A stretch of DNA of 64,000 nucleotides, taken from NCBI RefSeq assembly GCF_009914755.1, contig NC_060927.1, one strand, 5' to 3'. Each line of letters starts with the position of its first letter. Positions within the stretch are counted from its first letter, which is position 1. Made by a program: the position numbers and the translations under genes. This stretch comes from the human T2T-CHM13v2.0 reference genome, Homo sapiens. Below, one piece after another: positions 13,343 to 25,629 of this stretch. The notes under the pieces were generated by a model that was not told the DNA's origin, ran no database searches, and saw nothing but the letters and a program-made list of their open reading frames with translations.

Positions 13343-14379
13343 AGTGTAAACATGACTTTTATATGCACTGGGAAACAAAAAAATTCATGTGATTGCTTTA
13401 TTGTGATATTCATCTTATTGCAATATTTTATTTATTATGGTGGTCTGGAATTAAACCCACAATATTTCTGAGGTATGCCTATGCATTAGTTTTGCTTGTT
13501 TTTGAGTGTTATGTCAATGGAATCATACAGTATGTTCTCTTTTGTGCCTAGTTTATTTCACTCAATGTTATGTCTTTACATAGTGTGACAAAGTTTTTTT
13601 CCTCTTGTTTAATTTTTATGTTTTAACTTCTATAACAGTTCAGTAATAGATGCATATAATTTATAAATAAGCCAGGGATGTGTGCATAAAAGTTTGCAGT
13701 TCTTGGGTTAAAGTATGGCACCATTTGTGTGAATGTCAACTTTAAATCCCAGATAGACTCATTAGCTTTTTAAAGAGAGAACTACTCACAACTACAGACT
13801 ATGATGACCTCATCTAGGTATTTGTATTTAATAAACATTTATTTATGAGAACCCACTATGCACAAGTGTTTGTAGGCACTGTGAGAGTTACACAGGCAAA
13901 ATAAAAAGATGTAGCTCGGTCTTTCAAGGAGTCTATCACTGGTGGGAGAAACAGTGCAGTAAACTCATATGATCACTCCAGACAGAATTGAGAATCTACA
14001 AAAGAGACACAACTAAAATGATATAGAAGCCTGGATGAAGGATGACCAATCTTCCAAGAAGCTAGAAAAGGCCCCTCGAGACTTGTACTAGATAAACTTT
14101 GAGCCCCTTTATACTTTCTAGCTTCCAATATTTAATCAGATTTCTCATTACAGACATAGGATCTTTATTCTCACTGTGCATTGCTTTATGTTTCAGGTTT
14201 ATGGATACACGGTATATATTGTGCTCAGTCAAAAGGGGGCAGCATTCACCCTTCTTCTGAAAATCAGAGACCACTTTGGCCACATCTCTTTCTTTCTAGG
14301 AAAAGAATACTTTTACCAGATAGCGTTTCAGAACATAGATATAAATTTTAAGCCTCTTGTTTTAATTGTTTGTTTATAG

Positions 14380-14900
14380 AGATAGCAACTGATTTGCACC
14401 TTCATGTCACAGAGCCCAACATATTGCACAGGTATAAATGAAGTCAAGCTGTCTCTGTGCCCAGTTTCCCTTATTTCTGCCTTTGTCCCTTGATTGGGCG
14501 TGGCAGTCTTGCTCAGACTCAGATTGCTAAAGGGCGGTGGCTGAAATGAACAAAAGGAATCAGACCTTTACTCTTAGCCTGAGAAAAAGATTGCCAAGGG
14601 AAGCTTGGGGAGAAAGCGCAATGCTGAGTGGTTGCATCATTGTTTTGACTACCTAATGCTTTTTTTCTCTTCTGACTGTTTATCCTTTTTAAGCTTCTGT
14701 TTATAAGCATAACAATTATATGAAAGGTAAATAAGTTACATGCACTACAGGGATGTATGACTGTGCTCTGTCTTGGCGGCATTCATCTCTTTATTAGCCA
14801 AGTAACCTTTACAGTTTAAGTACTACACAGTTGCTGCAGTCCTTTTCTTGCTGACGCAGTAGTAGAGGCAGTGGTGGTGAAAACTGAGAGAGGTTTAATG
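14380..14900. promoter_or_regulatory. Candidate enhancer/promoter-like unique segment
   Basis: No repeat recognised; contains attgg (CCAAT) adjacent to gggcgtgg, gggcgg, SOX-like aacaaaag/cattgtt and tgacgca; motif evidence only. Confidence 0.3.
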
Positions 14901-15214
14901 CTGAAGGTCTCAGACTGTGTATCTCTATGTCTATGACCTCTAACCACCAGACCAGCAGATAACTGATTTCATTTTGTTAGTGAAACACTGATTTTAATTG
15001 CTGACTTATACAGCTTCCATGTTATACTTGATTGGTTTTGAGAAAATCAATGTTGATGGCCAAAATTCCAAATTAACTATTTCTTTCTAGATTTAATCAT
15101 ACTGTATACAGCCCTAAATTGCCCTCTAAGCGACTTAAAAAAAAATTGAAGAGTAGAGCTTTACCAAATGTCTCTGAATGATAAAGGAAGTTGACCCACC
15201 CTATAATTAGCTTT

Positions 15215-15249
15215 TGTAAATATCAAGTCAAAGGTCAGAGCAAAGGTCA
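15215..15249 (+). promoter_or_regulatory. Forkhead site plus two tandem DR1 nuclear-receptor motifs
   Basis: tGTAAATA at 15215-15222; aagtcaAaggtca and agagcaAaggtca at 15225-15249. Confidence 0.4.
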
Positions 15250-15495
15250 TCTGTTTTCTTTCTTTTGTGAAGAAAACAAGGGATTGTAGTCACTATGACT
15301 GATTTCAGAATAGTAGCTAAAGATGAAGTCATTGCTTTCTTTCAAAGCAGAAATTGTAAAATTAAATAATTTGGAATAATCACAGAAATAATTACATTAA
15401 TATGAATAGCAAATAGCAGGTGATAATTTGTGTAGCATTTACAGATACTGTGACCCTTGGTTTTAGACCTTGTGCAGTGTTTTTCTCTGTCAGGT

Positions 15496-15677
15496 ACATG
15501 ATGCTGGGAGAGCAGCTCTCTAGGAGACCTCTGATGACATCATGTCACTGTCCTCTGAGGCCACAACACAGCTGCCATGCCACACACAGGCTCAAAACAC
15601 ACAGTGGGGCATAGCCAAAAAGTTCACAAAGTAAAGAAATGTCAACTTTCTACGTTTTAGCATTCATTTGCCTGCAT
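15496..15677 (+). repeat. 182-bp unique segment, copy 1 (duplicated at 17163-17344)
   Basis: Direct comparison of the two copies gives 6 mismatches in 182 bp. Confidence 0.95.
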
Positions 15678-15867
15678 TAACCAACATTGTGCAATATATA
15701 AAGTCTAAAGCCCATGTGAGAGATAAGACAGAATTATTTGCATTTCTGCTGAAATTAAGCATGATGAAGTAGAAACTTATTACTTTTAAAACCAAAAAAT
15801 GAATCTAAATATGTGTGTATCAATCAAATGATGAGTTAGGACTTCCTCATGAACTGGAGAGGAAAAT

Positions 15868-15980
15868 TAGATGACCAACTATCCTGGGTTGCTAGGGACT
15901 GAGAAGGTCTCCAGGATGTGACATTTTCAGTTTTAAAATCAAGGCTATCTTAGGCAAACTGCAACAAGTTGGTCACCCTA
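15868..15980. mobile_element. MER81-like hAT-Blackjack MITE
   Basis: TIRs tag(a)tgaccaact...agttggtcacccta; length about 113 bp. Confidence 0.75.
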
Positions 15981-16402
15981 ACTGGAAGAGATCTTTTTGG
16001 CTATGCTGTCCAATTATCTTATTTTGCAGCTGAAGAAAATAAAGATTATGGAAATCATAAGATCCCAGCAGGATTATTTTTCTCCCTAATTCTTGTCAAT
16101 GTCTTTTCTTTTCCTAGCTTCTCAGGTCATGTATTAAACTTAGACCACAGGATCATGCAAATGGCCCCTATTAGGTGGGCCAGGGGGTGAGCACCTAGAG
16201 TGCTCCTAGAGTGGAGGGATGGCTCCAAGAGTGGCTGTCCTTCTTATATCTGAAGGTGACTTGGCTGACTGTGGGAATGCCTGGCTATCTTCCAGGAGAG
16301 CCGAGAATGCCTCTATCAATAGTTTGAACACTGTTCTGCAACTTTCTGAGTGACACTGCAAAGTACCAAAGATAGAAAGAAGGCACAGAGGGGGAAAATG
16401 GG

Positions 16403-16735
16403 CATCTCAGTCTGCTCTGGCAGCTATAACAAAATACCGTATACTGGGTGGCTTATACACAACAGAAATTTATTCCTCACAGTTCTGAGGCTGAGAAGTT
16501 CAGATCAGGGCATCTGCTGACTCAGGTGAGGGTCCCCATGCCGGTTCATGGATGGCACCTTCTACATGTCCTCAAGTGGTGGAAGGAACTAGCTAGCTCT
16601 CTGGGACCTCTGTTATAAGGGCTCTGCCCTCATGTCCTAATCACCTCCCAATGGTCCCACCTCCTAATGTCATCAACTTAGGAGTTAGGTTTTAACTTAT
16701 GAATTTTGGGGGTCACAAATGTGCAGATCATAGCA
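16403..16735 (-). mobile_element. MaLR solo LTR (MLT1A-like)
   Basis: ctataacaaaataccgtatactgggtggctta...cacagttctgaggctgagaagttc...gaattttggggg...catagca. Confidence 0.8.
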
Positions 16736-16996
16736 ACGTTCAGATCATAGCAACTGGGTTCTGAGACTTGAGCAATGTCAGGGATTCACAGCATTTCAAA
16801 TGTGTGGGCAAGTTGCTGACACCTTTTCTTCTGGGTCATAAGGAAAACAGAAAATGTGATTAAATAATTCAGCCTGATTTTGGGGTTTTATTTGTAATGA
16901 CTCCTAGAAGGATTTGCCTTTCCAAATAAGGACCATGGAAAGTAATAAGTACATAAATGAATGAAGAGGCTGAGTGAGAGGTATTTTATAGCTGCG

Positions 16997-17122
16997 TGTG
17001 TTGGGGTGGGTGGGGCACTGAAGGGAGAGTTAGATGGTGATGTACTATATAGACTGCTTTGTGTTGGGGTGGGTGGGGCACTGAAGGGAGAGTTAGATGG
17101 TGATGTACTATATAGACTGCTT
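16997..17122. repeat. Perfect 63-bp tandem duplication
   Basis: tgtgttggggtgggtggggcactg...tatagactgctt twice, at 16997-17059 and 17060-17122. Confidence 0.97.
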
Positions 17123-17162
17123 TCAGTGTTTTCCTCAAAACCCTGGAACATTTCCTCAAAAC

Positions 17163-17344
17163 ACATGATGCTAGGAGAGCAGCTCTCTAGGAGACCTCTG
17201 ATGACATCATGTCACTGTCCTCTGAGGCCACAACACAGCTGCCATGCCACACACTGGCTCAGAACACACAGTGGGGCATAGCCAAAAAGTTCACAAAGTA
17301 AAGAAGTGTCAACTTTCTACCTTTCAGCATTCATTTGCCTGCAT
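17163..17344 (+). repeat. 182-bp unique segment, copy 2
   Basis: About 97% identical to 15496-15677, same orientation. Confidence 0.95.
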
Positions 17345-17414
17345 GCTTATACCAGAAAGAAAATGAGAACTACTAATACTGCTTATACCAGAAAGAAAAT
17401 GAGAACTACTAATA
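17344..17414. repeat. Tandem duplication with 36-bp period
   Basis: tgcttataccagaaagaaaatgagaactactaata twice, starting at 17344 and 17380. Confidence 0.95.
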
Positions 17415-17838
17415 ATACTTCATTTTCATTCATCAAGGAGAATAATTACAGAACTAAAGAAGAGAGAGCAAACATGGTAAAAACATAGTACAAACAAAAT
17501 AAAACAAAACAGAATAGATGGAGGCAAGGGTAGTCAAAACTACTAAGAACCCAGATATGTGGTTATTCTTCATTAAAAAATAGACCTATCTCTCGTATTC
17601 CTATTTTATCTACTGAATGTATTATCCTACCTCAATCCACTGAACTCATCTCTAATTCTCAACCTGAATGCTGTTCCCTAAGGAAAGTCTTCTCTAACCT
17701 CCTGATTCTATTTTAGGTCCCCCTATTAAATGCCTTTAAAACACTGTATACTTTATCATAATGTGATACAAAAATGAAACTTGGCATGAATTAAACTAAA
17801 TTACACTTATAATAATTTAATGTCTGTATCCCTGCTAG

Positions 17839-18150
<312 letters not shown>

Positions 18151-19288
18151 CACTATAAATTTCTTACAGTCAGAGACCATGCCTTTTTTGGTCATTGTTG
18201 AAGCTGCTGGTACATAGTAAGCACTTGATAAGTGTTGTTTGCTGAGCTAATGAACCAATCATTTGAAATGACTTCACATTTTCAGATTTTGTGCAAGATT
18301 CCTGTTGTATAGATCTGTAATATATGGCAAAATCAATAAAATGTATTGTACCCCAAAACACTTCCAATGTGTGTGTACAGTATTCTATTAGTAGAACCAG
18401 TTCTATAAAGACTACTGAATCCAAATCTTGGCTCTTGTGCTATCTCTGAAAAGTTACACCTGTAAGCCTCAGTTTTGCCATTTACGAAATGGCATTATTG
18501 TGTCAGCTTCAAAAGTTTCCTCTGAAATTTAATGAAATAACAGAGGATAGACATTAAGCATGATACCTGGAACATGATGTATTTTCCACAATTATTAGGT
18601 TAATTCGAATAATTAAAAATTTAGAAATAGTTAAATGCCCCAAACTTCTCAAGATGGTGAAAAATGTATGTGACTAGAGAATAGGATGTAGTCTTAGTTG
18701 TTCTATTGAGTCATTATATAACGTTAGGCAAATTACAAGTATCTCTGGGAATAACTTTCTTTATTTACAAAATGAAATAGCTAAACTGTCGTCTTATGAT
18801 CCATCGTGAGAAAAAGGGTGTTGTGGATGTCCTAAATTTATATAAAATTGAATGTTTATGTGGTAATTTTTTCTAGTCATATCTTTTATTTGGTTCTTGA
18901 AAGGGATTGAGTTGCAAGTCAGTTTACTGGGAAGCAGACTCTGAGATGGAAATTAACGTGCAGGAAGTATACACTACACAGAATAAAACACTCTCAGGAT
19001 TAACATCTATCGGAGGAGGGAGAGAAGAAACAGGGTTGGGCAAAGAGAGAAGTTGGCTGTAAGCAATCATCCAACCTTTCTATGTTGAATATTTTGCTAG
19101 ATTGTTTTTAGGATAAAAATGACTAACATGATAGCTGCAATGATTTCAGCATGTTATAATTAAACAGATAGTATGGTGGAAAACTGTGGTACTATCTTCC
19201 CAGTATCCCTCCCCTGTGAACTGCTCCTTCCTTCATTCCAATGGTGCCATTTATGGAGTAGATGCTGTGTTCTTATAGACTTTACTAC

Positions 19289-19325
19289 TGGCAAAAACCA
19301 CAATTACTTTTGCACCAACCTAATA
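19289..19325. mobile_element. Half MADE1 / Hsmar1 TIR
   Basis: tggcaaaaaccacaattacttttgcaccaacctaata is close to the recalled MADE1 arm consensus. Confidence 0.8.
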
Positions 19326-20019
19326 CCTTGTCACAATATTGCTCAAGGGTCGAGTAAAAACATAAATGGTCAGTTTGAATCAGTTTTTAAATTTTCCTGG
19401 GAAAGACAGTCAATCTGTTGGTAGAAGCCAAAATGTGAAAGTCAGGATCTGGCACTGCTCATGATCTCTGTGAGTGAGGAGGCCTTGAAGGAACTCAAAA
19501 CAATTTCAAATGTATATATACCTGAAACTCTAAACAATAGAGTTTCAAATTACATGAAACAAAATCGATAGAACTAGAAGCAGAAATATATAAATCCACA
19601 ATCATAGCTGGAGAACTCAATACTCTCTCAGTAACTGAGATAACAAAGAGATATAAAATTAGTAAAGATATAAAAGACATGAACAACACTATCAACCAAC
19701 TTAAATGAATTGACATTAATAGAATACTTCACCCAACAATAGAAGAATATATATACTGTTTAAATACACATGGAACATTCATAAAGGTATATCATATTCT
19801 TGGCTATAAAGAATTTAAAGATTTGAAATCATACAGAGTATATTCTCTGACCATAATGGAATTAAGCAAAAAAAAAAGAAAAAAATCCATAACAGAAAGA
19901 TATGTAGAAAATCAACACATATTTTGGAAGGTAAACAATACATTTCTAAATAATCCATAGGTTAAAGAGGAAGTCACAAAGGCAATTAGAGAGAAAAATA
20001 TATATGTACATAGATATAA

Positions 20020-20148
20020 TTTTTTTTTAAAGAAATGGCATCTTCTCAGGTTGCCCAGGCTGGTCTTGAACTCCTAGGCTCAAGTGACCCCCCCCACTTC
20101 AGCCTACTGAGTAGCTGGGACTACAGGCATGTGGCACTGTGCTCAGCT
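20020..20148 (-). mobile_element. Alu monomer (FLAM/FAM-like) within the L1M
   Basis: ttgcccaggctggtcttgaactcctaggctcaagtga...gctgggactacaggcatg. Confidence 0.8.
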
Positions 20149-21549
20149 CAAGAAGTATTTTAAGTTGAATGAAAACAAGAACCCAATGTATCAAACATGT
20201 GGGATGCATCTAAAGAAGTAGTACATGTGTAATTTATAGAATTAAACACTTACATTAGGAAAAAAGAAAGATCTGAAATCCATGATCTAGATGTTAAGAA
20301 TCTAGTAAAAGAGGATTAAATTAAGTCTCAAAGTAAACAAAGAAAAGAAAAAAGTAAAGATAAAAGTGAAAATCAAAAAATTAAAAACCAGAGAAAAATA
20401 GAGAAAATCAATGAAACCAAAAATAGATTATTTCTTAAGATCAATAAAATTGATAAACCTCTTCCCAGACTAAGGGGCAAAAAAAGAAAACACAAAATTA
20501 TGAATATCAGAAATGAAAGAAGGAACATCACTATTAATTCTATAGACATTAAAAGGATAAGGGATTATTACAAAAACTCTATATATGTCCACGTATTTGA
20601 TAATTTAGATGATATGGGTAAGCTCCTTGAATGACAAAAACTATTGAAGCTAACACAAAAATAAATAGATAACCTTAATAGTCCTGTACCTATTAGAGAA
20701 ACATAATTTATAGTTAAAAACCTTTCTATTAAGCATTTAGGAAAGAAATAGCAAGTCTACACAAACTCTTCCAGAAAATAGAAGAGAGAACACTTAACTT
20801 GTTTTAACTTGATAACAACACCAGACAAAAATATGACAAATAAATAAAACCAAAAGTCAATATCCCTCATGAACAGATGTTCAAATAATCAAGAAAATAT
20901 TAGAAAATAGAATCCAACAATATGTAAAAAGGATAATATGTTATGACCAAGTGGGGTTTATCCTGGAAATGCAAAACTGTTGTAATGTTTAAAAATCAGT
21001 GTAATTCATCAAATCAGCAGACTAATGGAGAAAAATCATATAATTTTCACAATGGATTTTAAAAAAGCATTTTACAAAATTCAATTTTCATTCATGGTTT
21101 AAAACAATAGCAACGTTAGCAAAAATTCTCAGTGAACTATGCATACAGTGAGACTTCATCAACCTGATAAAGGTCATTTATGAAAAACATAATAGCTAAT
21201 ATCATACTTAATAATGAATAATGAATACTCTTCTCCTGGGATTGGAACAAAAGCAGTGATGTCCACTTGCATCACTCCCATTCAACATTATACAAGAGAT
21301 CCTGATTAGTGGAGTAAGGCAAAAGCAACAAATTCTGGATGCATGGAATAGAGTGAATAAATCTCAAATGTATTATGCTCAGTGAAAGACGTCAGACTCA
21401 ACAGGATGCATACTGTGTGACTGCATATGACATTCTGAAAAAGATAAAACTATGGGGACAGAAAGCAGATTAGTGGTTGCCAGGGCCTGGAGCTGCAGGT
21501 AGAGTTTTGCTATAAAGGGGCATAGGAGTTTTGAAGGGTGATAGAATTA

Positions 21550-21635
21550 TTTTATATCTTGTTTATGATGGTTACATGACTATATGTGTTTATTATTTTT
21601 ATATCTTGTTTATGATGGTTACATGACTATATGTG
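21550..21635. repeat. 39-bp direct repeat (47-bp period) in the L1M 3' UTR
   Basis: ttttatatcttgtttatgatggttacatgactatatgtg at 21550-21588 and 21597-21635. Confidence 0.92.
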
Positions 21636-24600
21636 ATTGCCACAACTCATAGATTGGTACATGAGAAAGCATCTATTTTCCTATATGTAAATTACACCTT
21701 GATATGCCTCAGAGAGAAAAGAAAATCCCACTCAAAGAGAGAAACCAATGTGAGTTTGTCTTTGAAATGAAATTCTGGTGGTGTTTTTGCCGTGGTTGTG
21801 ATTTTTTTCTGGAAATTTGGGTTTCTCTCTGCTCTTTTGGAGTTTAGTTATTTAAAAAATGATAATTTTGTCTGCTTTTGATAAACCATGGAAGAGAGCT
21901 ACCTGGATATATTCTATGCATTACCTGAGTGATTCAGGATCTTTTAAATGTAATCTGTATACTTTTCCCCAAGCAAGTTCAAATAATGTTTCTATCACCT
22001 GTGATGGACAGTCCTGAGTAATGCATGGAAACAGACACTTGCACAAGTAACTGTATACAAGGTTGTGTGAGAAGTGCTGTTAAGAGCAGTAACAATGTTG
22101 TGGAAGCAGAGAGGCGAATGTGATTAAGTCTGACTGGGATCTAGGTAGTAATTGAGTTGGCCTCAAAGACTTTCTGCACTAGAGTCTGGGGAAACGTATC
22201 CCAGTTTGAGAGAACAGTAGAAGCACATTGCAGAGGACAGGAATAAATGGATGCATGGATGACAGTATGTGATGTCTTCAGGGATAAGAGGTGCAGTGGA
22301 CCTAAAGTGTAGAGACCATCGAACCAGGTAAGTGGTGGAAGATGAACTTAGAAAGGTAGACTTTTACCAGTCAGCAGAGAGAACTTTCTGTGCTCAAGAT
22401 TTTAACTCTATTTTATAAAGAGTTTTATAAATAGCAGAGGAGTGGCATACTCAGATAAGAATTTCTGAAAGATATTTTCAATGTAATCTGAGGAATTATC
22501 AGAGAGGCTTCTTGAAATAGGTCAGTTGGGAATCCGTTGCATTAGATTAGAAGGTCTGCAGATGACTATGCCCTACATAGATAGAAAGGGTGTAATGATA
22601 TTGTTGTTATGATTATAGCAGTTACCACTTTCCCCACTCCTTATGAGCCAGGCATTGTACTAAAGTACTTCAAATACATTATCTTATTTAATCCTGACAA
22701 TCATATAAAGTAGGTATTATTATGACAATGTAGTAGCCAATTATTTTCCACTTAGTCCATGTGGAGGGGCTGACCCTACTGCCTTTCCCACCCTACAAGA
22801 GGTGGTGATATTAGGGATAAGCATGTGTCCTGGGCTATCTAACATGCATATCCTTTTTTCCCTTGGTTAGCAAATGGTGAGGGACAGGTATATAGCTCAT
22901 TTTATACATTTGGATTTAGTCCCATGAATTTGGTGGAAAATATCAATACGAGAAGATAAATTGTATCTGCTTTTGATAAGAGATGGATGAAAACTGGCTG
23001 GAATCATTTGTTAGTTGATATTAATTCTACAGCCCTAAGTTTCCCAATGGCTTTTCCTTGAATATTCATCCTGATAAATACTCTGTGAAAAAGTATTCTG
23101 TTTTACGCATTAACTGGGAAAGGATTGTATACTGTATGACTCTCAGAACTTAGTAAAGGGACTAGAAATCCTGCAGTCAAGAAATCTATTTAATTTTGTT
23201 TAATCCAGCTTTCTCAAATGTATGTAAAGAAATTACCCTTTTTATACATGTATTGACTAGTATCTACCACATTTTGGGAAATACAGTTGTAGGCATTTAT
23301 CCACCTAACTATAGTTAAACCATTCAAAATTTTAATAGCAGGATAAAAGGCACCCTTATCTCTAGTATCTCTTGAGGTTGCATTTCTTAGTCTTTTCCCT
23401 GGAACACTTATAAAGATGCAGATCATGATCTGAAAACAAAAGAAAATGTTAAGAGCCAGGGGCATGTTTTGGTCAATTTGGATTTACATGTTTCCATATA
23501 ACAGTATTCTGTTGCCTTCCAGAGACACTAGAATCCATCATCTGACAGCTGTGGAGAGCATAGTTTCTCATTTGGCTTACCACCATGCCTGAGACTCCCC
23601 ACAAAAGAGACCCAAACAGATTACCTAAAGAAATGAGGGGTCACTGAGTGATAATGTGAAGTAGGAGAATTCACATTCTCATCTGCACAGTCACCCAGGG
23701 GTCTCATTTTTGAATCTGGAATGTGAAATGGGCTTTGGAAATAATTGAAAAAATGCCCAGTATGCCCAGTACAATGCTGGGTGTGGTAAATACAGCAGTC
23801 AAAATGTCTGATCACTGTTGTGTCATCGCTGTCTTCACAGAGCTTTCTTACTGTAGCTTCAAGTAATGTCTCTAAGAACCTTTTTTTAAGTTATAATTTA
23901 CCTCAAATTCCCTTCCTTATAATATTTAATGAAATGACACATAAAATGCAAGGAAAGTGAGTAAAAGAAGAGCAACATGGTTTCTGAAAGAGAAAAGTAT
24001 TTTATAAGACACAAAAGGAGATTCATGGGGAAGGTCATCAATGGTGGCACTGGTGACTAACATAGGATCTGAAATAATACCAGTGATAATTAAAAACATT
24101 TCTTTCTGAGACCTTTCAAATGCTGAGGAACTCTTCTGTCCTCAGGAAACTTCACAGTGTTTTGCTGATGACAAACTGGTGTAATAAAAATAAAGACACA
24201 CTGAAATGGAATTTTTACAATTGTGATTCTTAAACACTTAGTATTGTGGAAAAAGTACAGTGCACGTTTACATATCCAAGCTATCTTATTTTAGCACTGT
24301 TTTGCAAACCATTGAAAAGGCTTAACAATCCATCTATGTTAAAATTAGCTCAAAACATACATGCTCAGAATGAATTACATTGAAAAGACTCTGGAACTCT
24401 AAAATGATTTTAGTTTTCTTAATTTTTCATTTAGAAAAACCCACAACTGGTGTTCCTCATTACCTGGTTTCGCAGCTTTTTATCTATAGAAGTGGTGAAA
24501 ATTATAATAGAAACTTATAGAAGATATATATATATCTTAGAGATGATGGTGATTTTGAAGCTAAAACAATGTGTAGGACAGAAAAGACAACAAGCAATAT

Positions 24601-24755
24601 TTCAGGAGCAGATATAAGCTCTGCTCTGAAAGCGTTTATGCATTATTGGGGAAGGTAGGGGAGAAGAAGATAGACTTATATATAACTGAATACAATCAAG
24701 GGCATCACAGAAGGAGAATGAAAACCATCTACATGGCTTATGCCTATTTTACTAC

Positions 24756-25143
24756 TGATATGGTTTGATTCCGTGTCCCCACCCAAATCCCTTCTGGAAC
24801 TGTAGTACCCATATATCAGAGGAGGGGCCTGGTAGGAAGTAATTGAATCGTGGGGGTGAATTTTCCTCTTGCTGTTCTCATGATAGTAAGTGAATTCTCA
24901 CAAGATCTGATGGTTTTAAAGTGTGTCATTTCCTCTCCTCGTGCTCTCTCTCGCTCTCCTGCTCTGCCGCAGTAAGATGTGCTTGTTTACTCTTCACCTT
25001 CTGTCATGAGATTGTAAGTTTGCTGAGGCCTCCCAGCCATGCTTCCTGTTAAACCTGTGGAACTGTGAGTCGATTAAACCTCTTTTCTTCTAAATTACCC
25101 AGTCTCCAATAGTTCTTTATAGCAATGGGAAAACAACTAATAA
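24756..25143 (+). mobile_element. MSTA-like MaLR solo LTR
   Basis: tgatatggtttg...gtgtccccacccaaatc...gattgtaagtttgctgaggcctcccagccatgcttcctgt...ctaata. Confidence 0.88.
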
Positions 25144-25252
25144 ACTATTCACAGTTGTCATCGATATAACATTACCATTCCAGAATGCTCTTGTCCTAGA
25201 AGATAAAAGTTACAAATAACTTTATTGTTCATTTAAGAAACTTTCTGGAAGT

Positions 25253-25628
25253 TGTATTAGGCTGTTTTTGTGTTGCAATAAAGAAATACCTGAGGCTGGG
25301 TAATTTACAAACAAAATAATTGGCTCAGGGTTCTGCAGGCTGTACAAGCATCTGCTTCCGGTGAGGGCCTCAGGAATTTTACAATCATAGCAGAAGGTGA
25401 AGGGGGAGCAGGTGTCACAGGAGAGTGGAAGGAAGAAGAGGAAATGCCATACTCCTTTAAACAACCAGATCTTGCAAGAACTCACTCACTATTCTGAAGA
25501 CAACACCAAGCCATTCCTGAGGGATCTGTCCCCATGACCCAAACACTCCCCACCAGTCCCTCCATCTCCAGCATTGGGGATTAATTTCAACATGACATTT
25601 GGAGGGAGCAAGCATCCAAACTATATCA
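25253..25628 (-). mobile_element. MSTA/MSTB-like MaLR solo LTR, opposite orientation
   Basis: tgtattaggctg...aaagaaatacctgaggctgggtaattta...catccaaactatatca. Confidence 0.88.
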
Positions 25629-25629
25629 C

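Larger units (their letters stand above)
10016..13481 (+). mobile_element. Tigger1 DNA transposon (pogo-like), near full length, transposase decayed, with three nested insertions
   Basis: Termini caggcatac... and ...gaggtatgcct; transposase remnants [72 protein letters not shown]; several stops and frameshifts. Confidence 0.93.
19496..21710 (+). mobile_element. Old L1M: ORF2 (endonuclease to RT) remnant joined to its 3' UTR by an internal deletion near 21330
   Basis: A-rich ORF2 motifs (ttctctgaccataatggaattaag, tatccctcatgaaca, atgaccaagtggggtttatcctgg), then gattagtggttgccagggcctgg 3' UTR. Confidence 0.8.

Noticed and set aside
16961-17281. ORF with a 21-aa repeat and a C-terminus shared with ORF 15420..15614, resembling paralogous genes
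   Set aside because: Fully explained by the DNA duplications; no recognisable domain or gene structure.
16997-17414. Direct repeats of 36-63 bp as a CRISPR-like array
   Set aside because: Only two copies of each unit, different units, no spacer periodicity, no cas genes, and primate DNA.
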